NCBI GenBank assembly: GCA_030704615.1
Contig: CM060734.1
Coordinates: 29,574,001 to 29,638,000, forward strand
Source of the DNA: Takakia lepidozioides
Taxonomy: Eukaryota > Plantae > Bryophyta
Reading direction: 5' to 3'
Length of the DNA stretch: 64,000 nt
Made by a program: the position numbers and the translations under genes. Positions within the stretch are counted from its first letter, which is position 1, and every line of letters starts with the position of its first letter. The notes beneath the pieces are model-generated. The model was given only the letters and a program-made list of their open reading frames with translations. It did not search any database and was not told the origin of the DNA. Shown here in pieces: positions 37,086 through 48,290 of the stretch.

Positions 37086-38606
37086 TCCATGGCCACTCTG
37101 GCAGTTTAGCCATTTCTCCAAGGGGTTTAGCCACGCCAAGCTAGGGTTTGTGTCTCTTGGACTCTAGGCTTCTTTCCACCGAGCTATGGCGGCTGTGAGG
37201 AAATCAGCAAGGTATTCTTGCTCTTTCGGCTCCCACACACCACCATAGTAGCCCTAAGCCATGAGGTGGTTGTCACAAACCAAGCCTTCTTTATCACTTA
37301 GCCTCCCCAAACACGCCACTAAACTCAATGGCAAACAACCAAGCCCTGCTGGTTCCCAGCCCTTATGAGCACTCATTCAAGCACTCTCCTTGGCCATAGC
37401 ATCTGTCTTAGAGCCTATTCCAACCCCCTACACTTGCTGCTTCAAGAGTTGCGCTCTCTTCAAGCTTGAAGTTGAAACCCCAACTCACATAGGCCCTACA
37501 AGTGCTTTTCTTTCACTCCAAGTGGAAACCAGCCCTAGACCTTCCGTTCTAGCTCTCTAAAGCTTGAAAACAAGAGCCTCAATGGGCTGAAGGCATGCTC
37601 CACACATGCCCCACTCTCACCATCAGAGAATCAGCTCCTTTGCTTCATTTCTTGCACCCACAAACCTGAAAATACAAGCTTCAGCAGGTTGAAAGTATGC
37701 TCCACATGCCCTACAGGGAAACCAGCCCCTTCCTTCCTTTCTTGCACTCCCACACTTGAAAGTGCAAGCCTTCACCAGGCTGATAGCATGCTCCACACAT
37801 GCATTGCCCTCACATAAGGGAAGTCAGCCCTTCCCTCTTCCTTGCTTGCCCTCCAAGCTTGAAGATGGAAGCTTCAATGAGCTGAATACATGCTCCACAC
37901 ATGCAACCTCTTCACACAAGAGATATCAGCCCCATATCTTGGCTCCTTGGCTCCTTGATGCTCTCTAAGACAAGACTAAGCACTACACAGCCTTTGCCAA
38001 GCTCCTGAAACCCTAAGGCTTACATTTCCAGCCACAAGACACTTCTCTTGTGGTGCAATAGCTCTTCTTCCAAGCTCTGAAACCCTAGGTGTACATTCCA
38101 TGGCCTTGCCGCACCTCTTAGCTCCTGTTCCAGCCCTGCTCTTGCCATGACAAGAGCCCTCTCAATACTGAAGGTCGAGATTGAAACCCAATCTCACCAT
38201 ACTCCACAAAGTGCACGATTTGCCCCAAGCCAAATCAGCCCTTTTGCTTGGTCTTGCAATCCTTCACACAATGAAAGCTCGCATTCCCAAGTCCAGTTCT
38301 CAGCTTTGCCACCAAAGCCACTATAACCTGCTCTTGACTGGTCCTCTTCCCAATCGTGCTTGCTCATGCATGTATACAATCTGAAACCATCAAGGTGCTC
38401 TGGAATTACCTGCAGCATGGTGCTTTCATCTCTGAAGCTGAAGATCGAATGCCAAGGTCTACCACCTCGTAACCCACATCGCCTCCGCTTCTAACAACCA
38501 AGAGCTCCACGGTGCTCCTTGCATAACAACTTGGTTTCTCTCATTCTCAAGCAAAAACCACAAGTGCTACAACTAACTCGTATCTGGCACTCACAGATAC
38601 GAGCTG

Positions 38607-38618
38607 ATCTTTCTCGAG
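38607..38618 (-). promoter_or_regulatory. Non-tRNA primer-binding site of copy 2 (CTCGAGAAAGAT)
   Basis: Abuts the ...TTTATCA end of X and is the exact reverse complement of 38774-38785. Confidence 0.75.
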
Positions 38619-38935
38619 TGATAAAGAAGAAGAATACAAGCACGAGCTCACAAATCTGAAGCATAAACTCATGCATATATAACCTCATCACTCAAATACA
38701 AGTCAAGCCAAGTGCACCCCACGCCATGGGGAATCCACACTACGGCGCCATAGCTAGGCGCAGTGAGGCTCAACTCGAGAAAGATGAGCCTCCCGCGCTT
38801 GCCGTGAAGATAACCACTCCAGGGCCTAAATCTGCCTTGACCCCTGGATTGACACTTGGGCCAATCCCAAATATCAATATGTAAAAACTAGCTATTTCTT
38901 AGCTAGTTTCACACTAGTGGTAAAATAACTTGACA
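38619..38935 (-). repeat. LTR segment X of copy 2 (317 bp)
   Basis: Shares AAGTCAAGCCAAG.GCACCC...GGGAATCCAC.CTAC and GAGGCTCAACT...AAGATGAGCC blocks with X of copy 1. Confidence 0.75.
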
Positions 38936-40419
38936 AGATCATTTGATCTAGTACAATATGCAAACATGGGGCGTCCCACATGGATGATCTGGAATCTTTG
39001 ATACAAAAAAAAAGATTTCAAGTACGGATTGCAAAAATAGAGTTGAGTTGAGATCTGACTCTACTAGTTGACTAATATGATTCATTCGAATAAAGATCAG
39101 CAAACTCAGACGAATCTCTCGCCTTGCATTTACAAATAAAATAATAGGACCTTGTGAGTCGAGAAGAAAACCGAAAAAATGTACCTAGGCTCAGCCATAT
39201 GAGCTCTGCTCCTTAGGTCCCAACTAAAGTCACTTATCATTCAAAATCTATATTCTTATTTTCTTCCTTGCTTCCGCCTCCAAGGTTCTGACCTCAACCT
39301 ATTCCATCATTTTGATGGTGGTTTACGGGCTCTCTTTGCTCACTAGAGCATTGGCTCCTATTTTTACCAATTTGCTTTCCCTACCTTCCGGCTTGGTGGA
39401 ATCGGCACAAAATGATATGACATTTTAGTCAGATTAATTAACTGTAAGTCAAAATAAAAATGGTTAGTCGAAATTTGTATTATCATAAGTTTGTGTGACA
39501 AAACCTTGGACTACAAATCGTACTTTAGTGAATTGATATTTTTTGTGCATGACAACATTGGACAAAAACTTATTTTGGAAATGTTCAATGACAACAGTTT
39601 GCGTGACAAAACTTGGGACAACACCTGGTCCAAAAAATATTATCTAGTGGTATCCACGAACTTTAAGATATAGGCTATATCATGCATTAAAATATGTCCA
39701 TTGTCTTTTATAACATTTCACTGTGTATCTATACATTATACATCTTCGCAATTCTTTATCACGTCTTGTTTAAATTCATGCAACTCATTTATGATGACTA
39801 TGTTGTTTGCTGCCAAAAAAACACGTATCTTTAAATAATCTCAGAGTTCTCTCATGACCCCATCGTGTGAGATCAAAATAGACATCATGTTTGTGTATAT
39901 GATAGAAGACATATTGTTTGAGTTTTGTGCACGAAGTTATAACAGTGTTTGATGATGACAACTATTGCCTTACAAATATCTAGTACGGAAAAGTGCGAAT
40001 GAATAAGGTATGTGCCAATCTAAATAAGATATTAAGTAATAAGGTATCAAAAATTTCAAATTAAACATATGCAACTCATATATTGAATTCTAAGATTTAC
40101 CATTATAAACTCATTCGATTGAAAGTTCAATTTTTTTTTGCACGTCCAAACAAAATTTTGTCAAATTGTGAGGAGTGGACCATTAATCCAAAATTGAATG
40201 TTAATTAATCATTGTCGTATTCAAAACATCCATCCAATGATTACAATAAGTGTTAACTTTTTCTATTAGTTATTTTTCTTTTTTGTTTGACTCCTCAAAT
40301 TTGACGAAGGCAATGTTTAAACTATTAGAAAATTGCTATTCCTACCTTAAGAATTTGATCTTGGATAAATTTTAATCAATTCTAAAAAAACTTATAAATA
40401 TGTTGTGGTTGAACTTTAA

Positions 40420-41476
40420 CCCCCAAGTGCTGGAGTTCTTTTGGTGGGGCCCCCAAAATATGCATGGATGAGGTTGTGTCTCACAATGGAGATCATCCAC
40501 AGAAATGAACCGTACCAACATATAGCTACTTACTATGTCCACCTACTCACAATGTTTTTGGAAGATAAGTCCCCTAAAGGCCGAAGCAACCCTATTGGGA
40601 TCGATGCTGTTTTCATCCACGGAATAACTTCATAGGATGAACATGGATGAAATATCGGGTGACTGAAAAGTGAGGGCGAAATTCATCCTAACACGAGCGA
40701 ATTTATCGCACCCTAAAACAAAAACACCCCAGCCAGCTAGGATTTTGTAAACACCCCCACGTACCCAAGAAAAAACCTAATGCTGGGGGCCCACCAGCAC
40801 AGATATCATTTTGCGGGTGACGGGCTTGACGGCGGGACGTAGTTTTAGTGACGTGGTCCCCTAAAGAGCTGCCGAAAATGTTCAGCCCGTCGGCAACATT
40901 AACTTGGCTTCAAATGACTACAAAACTTAGAAAACACGCCATCCAAAAATGTGGTTTTGGAATTTTCAAAAACTTCTTTGGCATTCATCTCTACCTTCTT
41001 GCAATGGAAAGACTGCACCAGAGGAATTTGCATTCTAAAACTTCCATGCAGCTTTCTATCTTTTAGTGTGGTGTAATTTCCACTATACCCTCCCTCAATT
41101 GGACATACAAAGGAGCCAGTTGAAATTTTCAGATTTTGGTCCTCAAATTTGGAGAGAACACCTGTAACCCTCCTTGGTTTCTGAATGTGGCTGTCGGTGC
41201 CTCAAGAAAAAATATCAAGTCAGCAAATCACGTTGGTCAAAAAGCACTTTTTCAACAATTTTTGTCTGTGGAGTTGAAAAATCCACCATGGACTTTTGCT
41301 ATAACCTGCCAATTCTGACTGTCAATTCTTCCAAAATTTTGTGAGTAGGTGGACACAATAGGTAGCTAAATGTTGGTGAGGTTGGTGAGGTTCATGTCTG
41401 TGGATGGATCTCCATTGCCAGATACAGCCTCATCCAGGATACTCGGTCATGTTTTGGGGCTCCCGCCGCTTAGGGG
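40420..41476. mobile_element. Non-autonomous element with long imperfect TIRs and piggyBac-like ends
   Basis: TTAA|CCCCCAAG...CTTAGGGG|TTAG. About 130 bp of sub-terminal inverted similarity (e.g. TGGATGAGG.TGT.TCT..CAATGGAGATC, TGTCCACCTACTCACAA). Confidence 0.7.
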
Positions 41477-41782
41477 TTAGTAGGAGTGCATTATTCCATT
41501 TCTAGATGTTACAGTATTTGTGAATGAATATGTTCATTTTCTTTGAGGTCACCCTCCTACTTCTACGCTAACCTAGGCACACAGGTGCTGCACCCTGTGG
41601 AGCCATTTCCCTCCTCTCCAAGCCTCCCGCGGCCCACGCGCTATTCGCTCTTCCCACGGTGTCGGGCGGGCTGCCTGACCTTCCCAAACTGGGCAAATGA
41701 GTTGGGGTACATAGTGACATATTTAGTTTTTCTGTACTTCCAACGCTAACTAATATCCAGGGTTAATAGTATGCTATCAACA

Positions 41783-41976
41783 GTTGGTAGCTCAGTCGGA
41801 TAGTGCACTCCGTGCCACCCGGATAATTCTGGGTCAAATCCTGCTACCTTGATGGCTGTGGTATGTCACATGCGAAGGCTTCCCGGCGAGGTGACTCTGA
41901 AAGAGGTTTTTTTTTCCTCTCAGTATAATTAAGGGGCCTGATTTGTGATCTGTCGCTCCCAGGTGTTTCCCTTAAA
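41783..41976 (+). mobile_element. tRNA-derived SINE
   Basis: A box TAGCTCAGTCGG (41788-41799) and B box GGGTCAAATCC (41831-41841); the 3' body has a second copy at ~23750. Confidence 0.7.
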
Positions 41977-43227
41977 CCGACACCATACTGTAAAATGAAA
42001 GAATTCAAGAAAGAATTGAAGATCAACGTTATTAAGGTTATCCTGTGTAACTAGGCTTTCGCTTGTTTGCCAAAGCTTGACTTCTTGTGACAGATAAACC
42101 CAGTCACACAAGTTTGTTCAGGAGATGACCTAACATCACCAATCCACCAAACAGAATGGGCTACCAACTGACGACAGACAGACGATCTAAAAAGCTCCGA
42201 TGGCATGAACATACTATGAAAGAACAATGGAAGAAAATTGGGGTTCGAGTTGGCATGCATTTGCGTACCTGAGAGTGGGGTAAGTTAGCTCTTGATGGTA
42301 CGATCCACGTTCACATCTCTTCATGGCTGCAACGACAGTTATAGACCTAAACTGAATTTTCAACTGTATGGGTGACAGAGAACCACACCCTCACGAGCTC
42401 CTTGACAACAGTTTGAAGTCACTGTTCAAATGTTTTCTCCTCTTTATTGTCTGTCTCTGTAGCGACCGTCTGTCATCCTCCAGTAACATTTGTGTCCAAG
42501 GCGGCCCCAAAACTTTTGATAGCAGAGAAGCCTCTTTTAAGTGGTAGGAGGAAGTGAATCCCCCTGTCACCTCAGGCCTGAAGCTCTTGTTCTGCATGCG
42601 AGGGCATCTACAAATCCCCCGAGAGTAGACAGGCAACCTTCCCCTGGAAACATCGACCATTTAGAAATACTTCTTCAAAGAAATTTGTAGTGGAAAACAA
42701 ACCAGGACATGGAATCGTAAGAGAACGAAGACGGCCCCCGGAGCACCAGGGAGAAGGAAGGTTAGGGTTCAGGGTTTACGCTGCCCCTTCCTGGATGTTC
42801 ATCCACAGGGTTCGAAAAGCAACAGGATCGTGGACTTGAACGGCTATCACGCGTTGGGCCTCGAAATGAACGCTGCCAAGTGGCGTTCCCACGTTCAGCG
42901 GCAGGCGGGCATTCCCTTTCAAAACTTTCTTGCGCTTTCCGCCCGTCATCTGCCCGCTGTTTCCCTTCTGTTGCTGCCCGTTTCAGGTTGTCATTCATCT
43001 ACTCAGCCAGCCCCAGTTTGAAAAGTTGTTCGTCATGTTTCTGCCCCGGGCAGCACGAAGGGCAGGAGGCATAGACGGAGGAGCCAGGCGCGGTGATGGC
43101 GGTGATGAAAGCAGCGTGCGGGCCTGGCTCTGCTTCATTGCGGGCCAGAGCGCTTGGGAATGCGTACGTAGATCTCTGCTGCTGTTTCTCTCCAGGGTCA
43201 GGCGCTCGGAGCTCTTGTGCGAGGGAG

Positions 43228-46200
43228 ATGGCGGCCGCTAGCTGTGCAGTGGCAATGTCGTATGCCAAGATGGCAGCGTCTGTTCAGTCGCAGAGTCAGC
43301 TGACAAGACAGTCAATGGTGCATTACGAAGGGCTCAGGGCGGGAGATGCAATGATTTCGGATGTTTCTTTGCTGCGACCTTCTTCAATCCGGTATGCTGC
43401 TGGTACGTCCCTCGATCCGTTCTGTTAATCTTCTGTATGGACTGCATATTGGAAGGTTTAGCTCTTTCTGTTTACCTTATCGCGATGGATGGACATAGTT
43501 GGGAAATCTGATTGCAGCTTGCTCTGTAGGCCCAGCTCCATCCAGTTTGTTGTGCTTGTGCCTGGTACTGCCTCTGCAATTTTAGTGACACTACGTCTCA
43601 AGAGTCTGGTGATTATATGTAGTAGGAAAAACTGTAAATGCATCCGAATGGCAGACAAAAGTATCAATGCAGTGGTGATTTTTCAGTCAGTATCTGTAGC
43701 TTATTCCTTCTTCATTTGTGAAATATGCATACTGCGTCCTGCTTTGAAACAGGTGCTCAGATCTCCGGAGTGAGGGCAGTGTCCCAAGCAGTGAGTGCTC
43801 CAAAGAGGGAAAAGGACCCCAAGAAGAGAGTGGTCATCACAGGCATGGGCCTTGTCTCTGTCTTTGGGAATGACATCAATACTTTCTATGATAATTTATT
43901 AGAAGGGAAGAGTGGTATCGAAATTATCGATCGTTTTGATGTCTCCAAATTTCCCACAAGATTTGCTGGACAAATTCGGGACTTCTCTGCGGAGGGCTAC
44001 ATTGACGGGAAGAACGATCGCCGCCTTGACGACAGCCTCAGATATTGTATAGTCAGTGGCAAAAGGGCTCTAGAAGATGCTGGCCTGGGTGGAGAGAAAC
44101 TCGACACCGTACGCTACTCAACTTCATTTGCCATGGTGGATTGTGGCTTAATGATTTCTTTTTCTTTTTTTCTTCAAAACACCCCCAATAATACATTCGG
44201 GAAGCTGCCATTTTGGTTACATGTATATGAGCTAGCAAACCAGCCAGGAGCCTAGATCCACTTACTGGCCATATCGATGCGTCAACTCAAAGAGAAAAAC
44301 AAAGAGAACCAGAGAGAGATCCAACGAAGACTGAAATTATCTAGGGGGTCCTATTGTCGTAAGGATTAGAAGTTGGCTACATTGAGATCAAATGAGCTGT
44401 GACGTTGGCCCCAACAAGCATCTTCTCCCACTTTCACAAATAGGGAGCGGGCATTTCTGGTCAATTTTTGTCCCATATCTTCTTTTGTACCCACATTTAG
44501 TTTGGAAGTAGGATGACAATGTGGCATAAGTAACACAGTTCGTATAATCTGCAGGTTGACAAGCAACGAGTCGGTGTGCTGATCGGTACTGGTATGGGTG
44601 GGCTCTCAATCCTCTCAGACGGAGTCGAAGCTCTTGTGGAGAAAGGTTACAAGCGGATCACACCTTTTTTCATCCCATATGCTATCACCAACATGGGTTC
44701 AGCCCTGCTGGCAATTGATTTGGGCTTGATGGGACCCAATTACTCAATCTCAACAGCATGTGCAACAGCCAACTACTGTTTCTATGCTGCAGCCAGCCAT
44801 ATCCGTAGGGGGGAGTCCGACATTATGGTTGCTGGAGGCACAGAGGCTGCTATTCTGCCCATCGGCCTTGGTGGATTTGTTGCCTGCAGAGCGTTATCCC
44901 AAAGAAACGATGACCCAAAGACTGCTTCCAGGCCTTGGGATAAGGATCGGGAGGGCTTTGTCATGGGTGAGGGAGCTGGCGTATTGGTAAGTGGTAGAGA
45001 AATTTGGCACTTGCAAAGCTGTCTTGTGCTTAGGTTTTGTTAAATGTGATATTTTGAAGGTGTGATGTATGGGCATTTCTGACCCTATGTAAAACTCATG
45101 TTCTTGAAGGTAATGGAGAGTTTGGAGCATGCCTTGAATCGAGGAGCAAATATCCTTGCAGAGTATCTGGGAGGAGCGGTAACCTGTGATGCTTACCACA
45201 TGACCGATCCCCGATCTGATGGTCTGGGTGTGTCCACTTGCATTGAGAGAAGTTTGGAGGATGCAGGAGTGTCACCTGAGGAGGTAATTACCGTTCCCAT
45301 TTACTAGTAGCCAAAGACTACACAGGTGCTATCTTTCACCATGGTAAGTGGAGATTGTAAACAAGCTTGAAGGAACGACCTGAATTTTTTGAAATCAAGG
45401 CTGGAAAGATGACATTCGCTGGAAATGCCTGCAACTGCAAGAACTGCCGGACGTGCAGCACCTCTCAAATGGTTGAAAGCAGCAACTCTCTCTTATTTGT
45501 GGTACCTGTTCGTATGGAAAGCTACAACCCTGCATTGTCTGATGACACATGATTATTGATTGAGCCAATGTATTACCTGGCAGGTCAATTACATCAATGC
45601 CCATGCAACTTCAACAATACTTGGTGATTTGGCAGAGGTGAATGCCATTAAGAAAGTCTTCAAGGACACATCGGAGATCAAGATGAATGGAACCAAGGTC
45701 ATAATCTTTCCTTCTTTGGGCTGCGGTATCTCTTAACTCTGGTTTGTTTACCCCTTGAGCACAAGTTAGATGGGACACCCTTAAGCATTTTTGCAAGTTC
45801 ACGCATGAAACATGAATAGAGGGTCTGGCTGTAACAGTCAGTTGTTGACAGAGCATTGCATGAAACAGACATGATGTCGAGTCATCTTGGACTCTTGTAG
45901 CTGTTTGTATTGCATGTACTTTGTAGCATCCATGGAGGAGACTTCAGTAAGGTGACAGATACTGTGACTAAATTCAAATTTGATCTAGGGTGCTGCTTGG
46001 GACTTACATTTGAGGTTGTTTCCCCAGTCTATGATTGGGCATTGTCTTGGTGCTGCTGGAGGACTTGAGGCAATCGCAACTATTAAAGCCATTGAAACTG
46101 GCTGGTTGCACCCAACAATCAATCAGTTTGTAAGTTACTCAGTCCTTTACTCCCTTTTCTTACTCGGCAGAGTGGATAGACTTATATCACATCTGTTCCT

Positions 46201-46716
46201 CCTAGACGTTGCTGTAGGTTCTCTTTAACTTTCAAAGGTCAACAGGGTGGCAGGAGCTCTGTTTATTGAATCCAGATGATGAAGCCGACTATGTCAAGGG
46301 TGGTTTAGGGTTTAGGGTTTACATGACTAATCCTAGGATGGTTGACACAGAACCAAGAGGAACGAGTGACATTCGATACAGTACCAAATGTAAAGAAGCA
46401 GCATCAAGTGAACATTGGTAAGTTTCTATGCCTTCAGAGGTTTTCCCAACTCTCTGCTACAGTTTTTGCGTTCCTTGGCTTTCACGGGTCCCCAGTAACC
46501 ACTATGTTGAAGGAGAGGGATTCACTCGATTGATGATACTGTTGGCTTACTGTTGAGGATGATCAAGATGGTTTGCGCGAGATAGGTCTCCTCACTTTTT
46601 TATGCTATTTAGGCAAAGTTCACTGACATTGTAGCTCTTGTGATGCAGGCATTTCCAATTCATTTGGGTTTGGAGGTCACAATTCCTGTGTTGTATTTGC
46701 CCCGTACGCCGCTTGA
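43228..46716 (+). CDS. KASI: Plastid beta-ketoacyl-ACP synthase I, 8 exons (approx. 43228-43402, 43753-44109, 44555-44986, 45110-45283, 45584-45697, 46028-46128, 46351-46417, 46649-46716)
   Basis: Transit-peptide-like exon 1; [24 protein letters not shown]; catalytic [28 protein letters not shown]; [11 protein letters not shown]; GT-AG introns. Confidence 0.95.
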
Positions 46717-48290
46717 GAAGATGGTTTACTATGTCAAATTAGTCGCCATGACAATCCTGAAAATGCTGTAGGTTCAGTGTAGCAATTTCCAAACTTGATG
46801 GAGCATGCCTTGATCTTCTGCATCCAATTCATGCGATCAACCCATAAAGTGTGTCGAATAGGTTGGAAAACCCCCCTCCCAACGAAATTCTTCAATGTGG
46901 GACATCTTCATGCCCAGCATTTTTCCTCTAGAATTATTGTATTGTCCCAAGGTGAACAGAGCAATAGAACAGCATGTCTCTAGAATGACTATGCAGCTGG
47001 CATCACTGCACCACTCAAAATGATGAGTCTTACGCCCTTAACTTCCTTTTGAAAGTGGGCACCCTGTTTTCCTTATACTGGAGGCATGGGATCTGAAAAT
47101 AAACTTCACCTGGAATTTTTGACTGAAATCAGGACTCCTGCCATGCAGGCAGCTGATTGGTACTCTTACAAACTGTTGTTCTAGCATGCTGTAGAAATAC
47201 TCTGGCAGTGCCATGGGAGAGTCTATACAAGGTTTCATCATACAGATGCTGCATGGAAGGTAAAAGATGCCATTGTCTAAAACAGGTGCTCAATGCTAAG
47301 GTGAACCCTAGAGAGTAGGTTTTACATCATGTTTCACTTGTGCATTCTTGCATGTAACTTCTTTTGCTGCTGGAAGTCTTCTGGTGGAAGGGTCACCTGC
47401 AGATGGTTAGCAGCTGGGCACAACTTGGAATAGAATTTCACATTATGCAAAGGCTCCACTATCTTTAAAAGTCACAAGCATGGCAGCTGCCACTCTGAAA
47501 ATTACTCCACTCCACACCAAGGCCAACTCTGGATCCCACCTTTCACAAATTACTCCTGAGCTAGAGATTTCTTCAAGAAGTCTTTATGACATCATCATTA
47601 AACGTTTTGGAAATGTGGAGTTCAAGAGGCCTTTGGCCAGGAGTATTGCTGAACAGACTTTGCATAACACTTTTTGGATTTTACAAGCAAAGTTCAAATG
47701 TGACTCTTTTAAAAGGCTCAGGGTTTGAAGCGACTGAAGCCCATAAGGATGTCTCAGCTACTCAGCATTCTGACAAGGGTTTTGTACTGACATAAACAAA
47801 AGCTTCATCTTATGACCTGACGCCTGGGCGCCTCGTAAAACACAGCCAAGGATAGTGTCTGAGTATCTGATGTCCCTTGCAAAAGCAAGCTCAGGGATGG
47901 ACTTCGTAACCACCACCATTTCAGAAGTTGATGTGGAGGACAACTGCACGCTTACATTTGAAAGGTAATTGACTGAAGGAAAACTACCTCAGGTTCGCAT
48001 GAACAAGGGATCTCACCTTTTCACCAATCCCTGGTTCCTAGACTCTTTTATCCAAGTATCTCTGGTCTTTGATCAAGACAACAAACTTGTGCAGATGGCC
48101 AAAACCACTGTGACAAATACTGGTATAAACAGGTGAAGTGACACATAACAACATGATGGGGACCACTTTGGCAGAGGTTTGCCCTGTAGGTTGGCTCCCA
48201 GTAATAAGGAAGCCAAGAGCTCTATAGAGTGTCAGACCAGATTCAAAGTGAGAGTACAATTAAGTAGAAGAGGCAGATTGTGCTGCCACA

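Larger units (their letters stand above)
28745..38935 (-). mobile_element. Ty3/gypsy-type retroelement copy 2 with DNMT and integrase-PHD; single split LTR; RT deleted
   Basis: Ends are TGTCGTG (28745) and CTTGACA (38935), flanked by a 4-bp TSD AGAT (28741-28744, 38936-38939). No direct repeat between the two ends. Collinear with copy 1. Confidence 0.92.

Noticed and set aside
41783-41850. Functional tRNA gene
   Set aside because: The acceptor and anticodon arms do not pair convincingly, and the sequence runs into a repeated SINE body.
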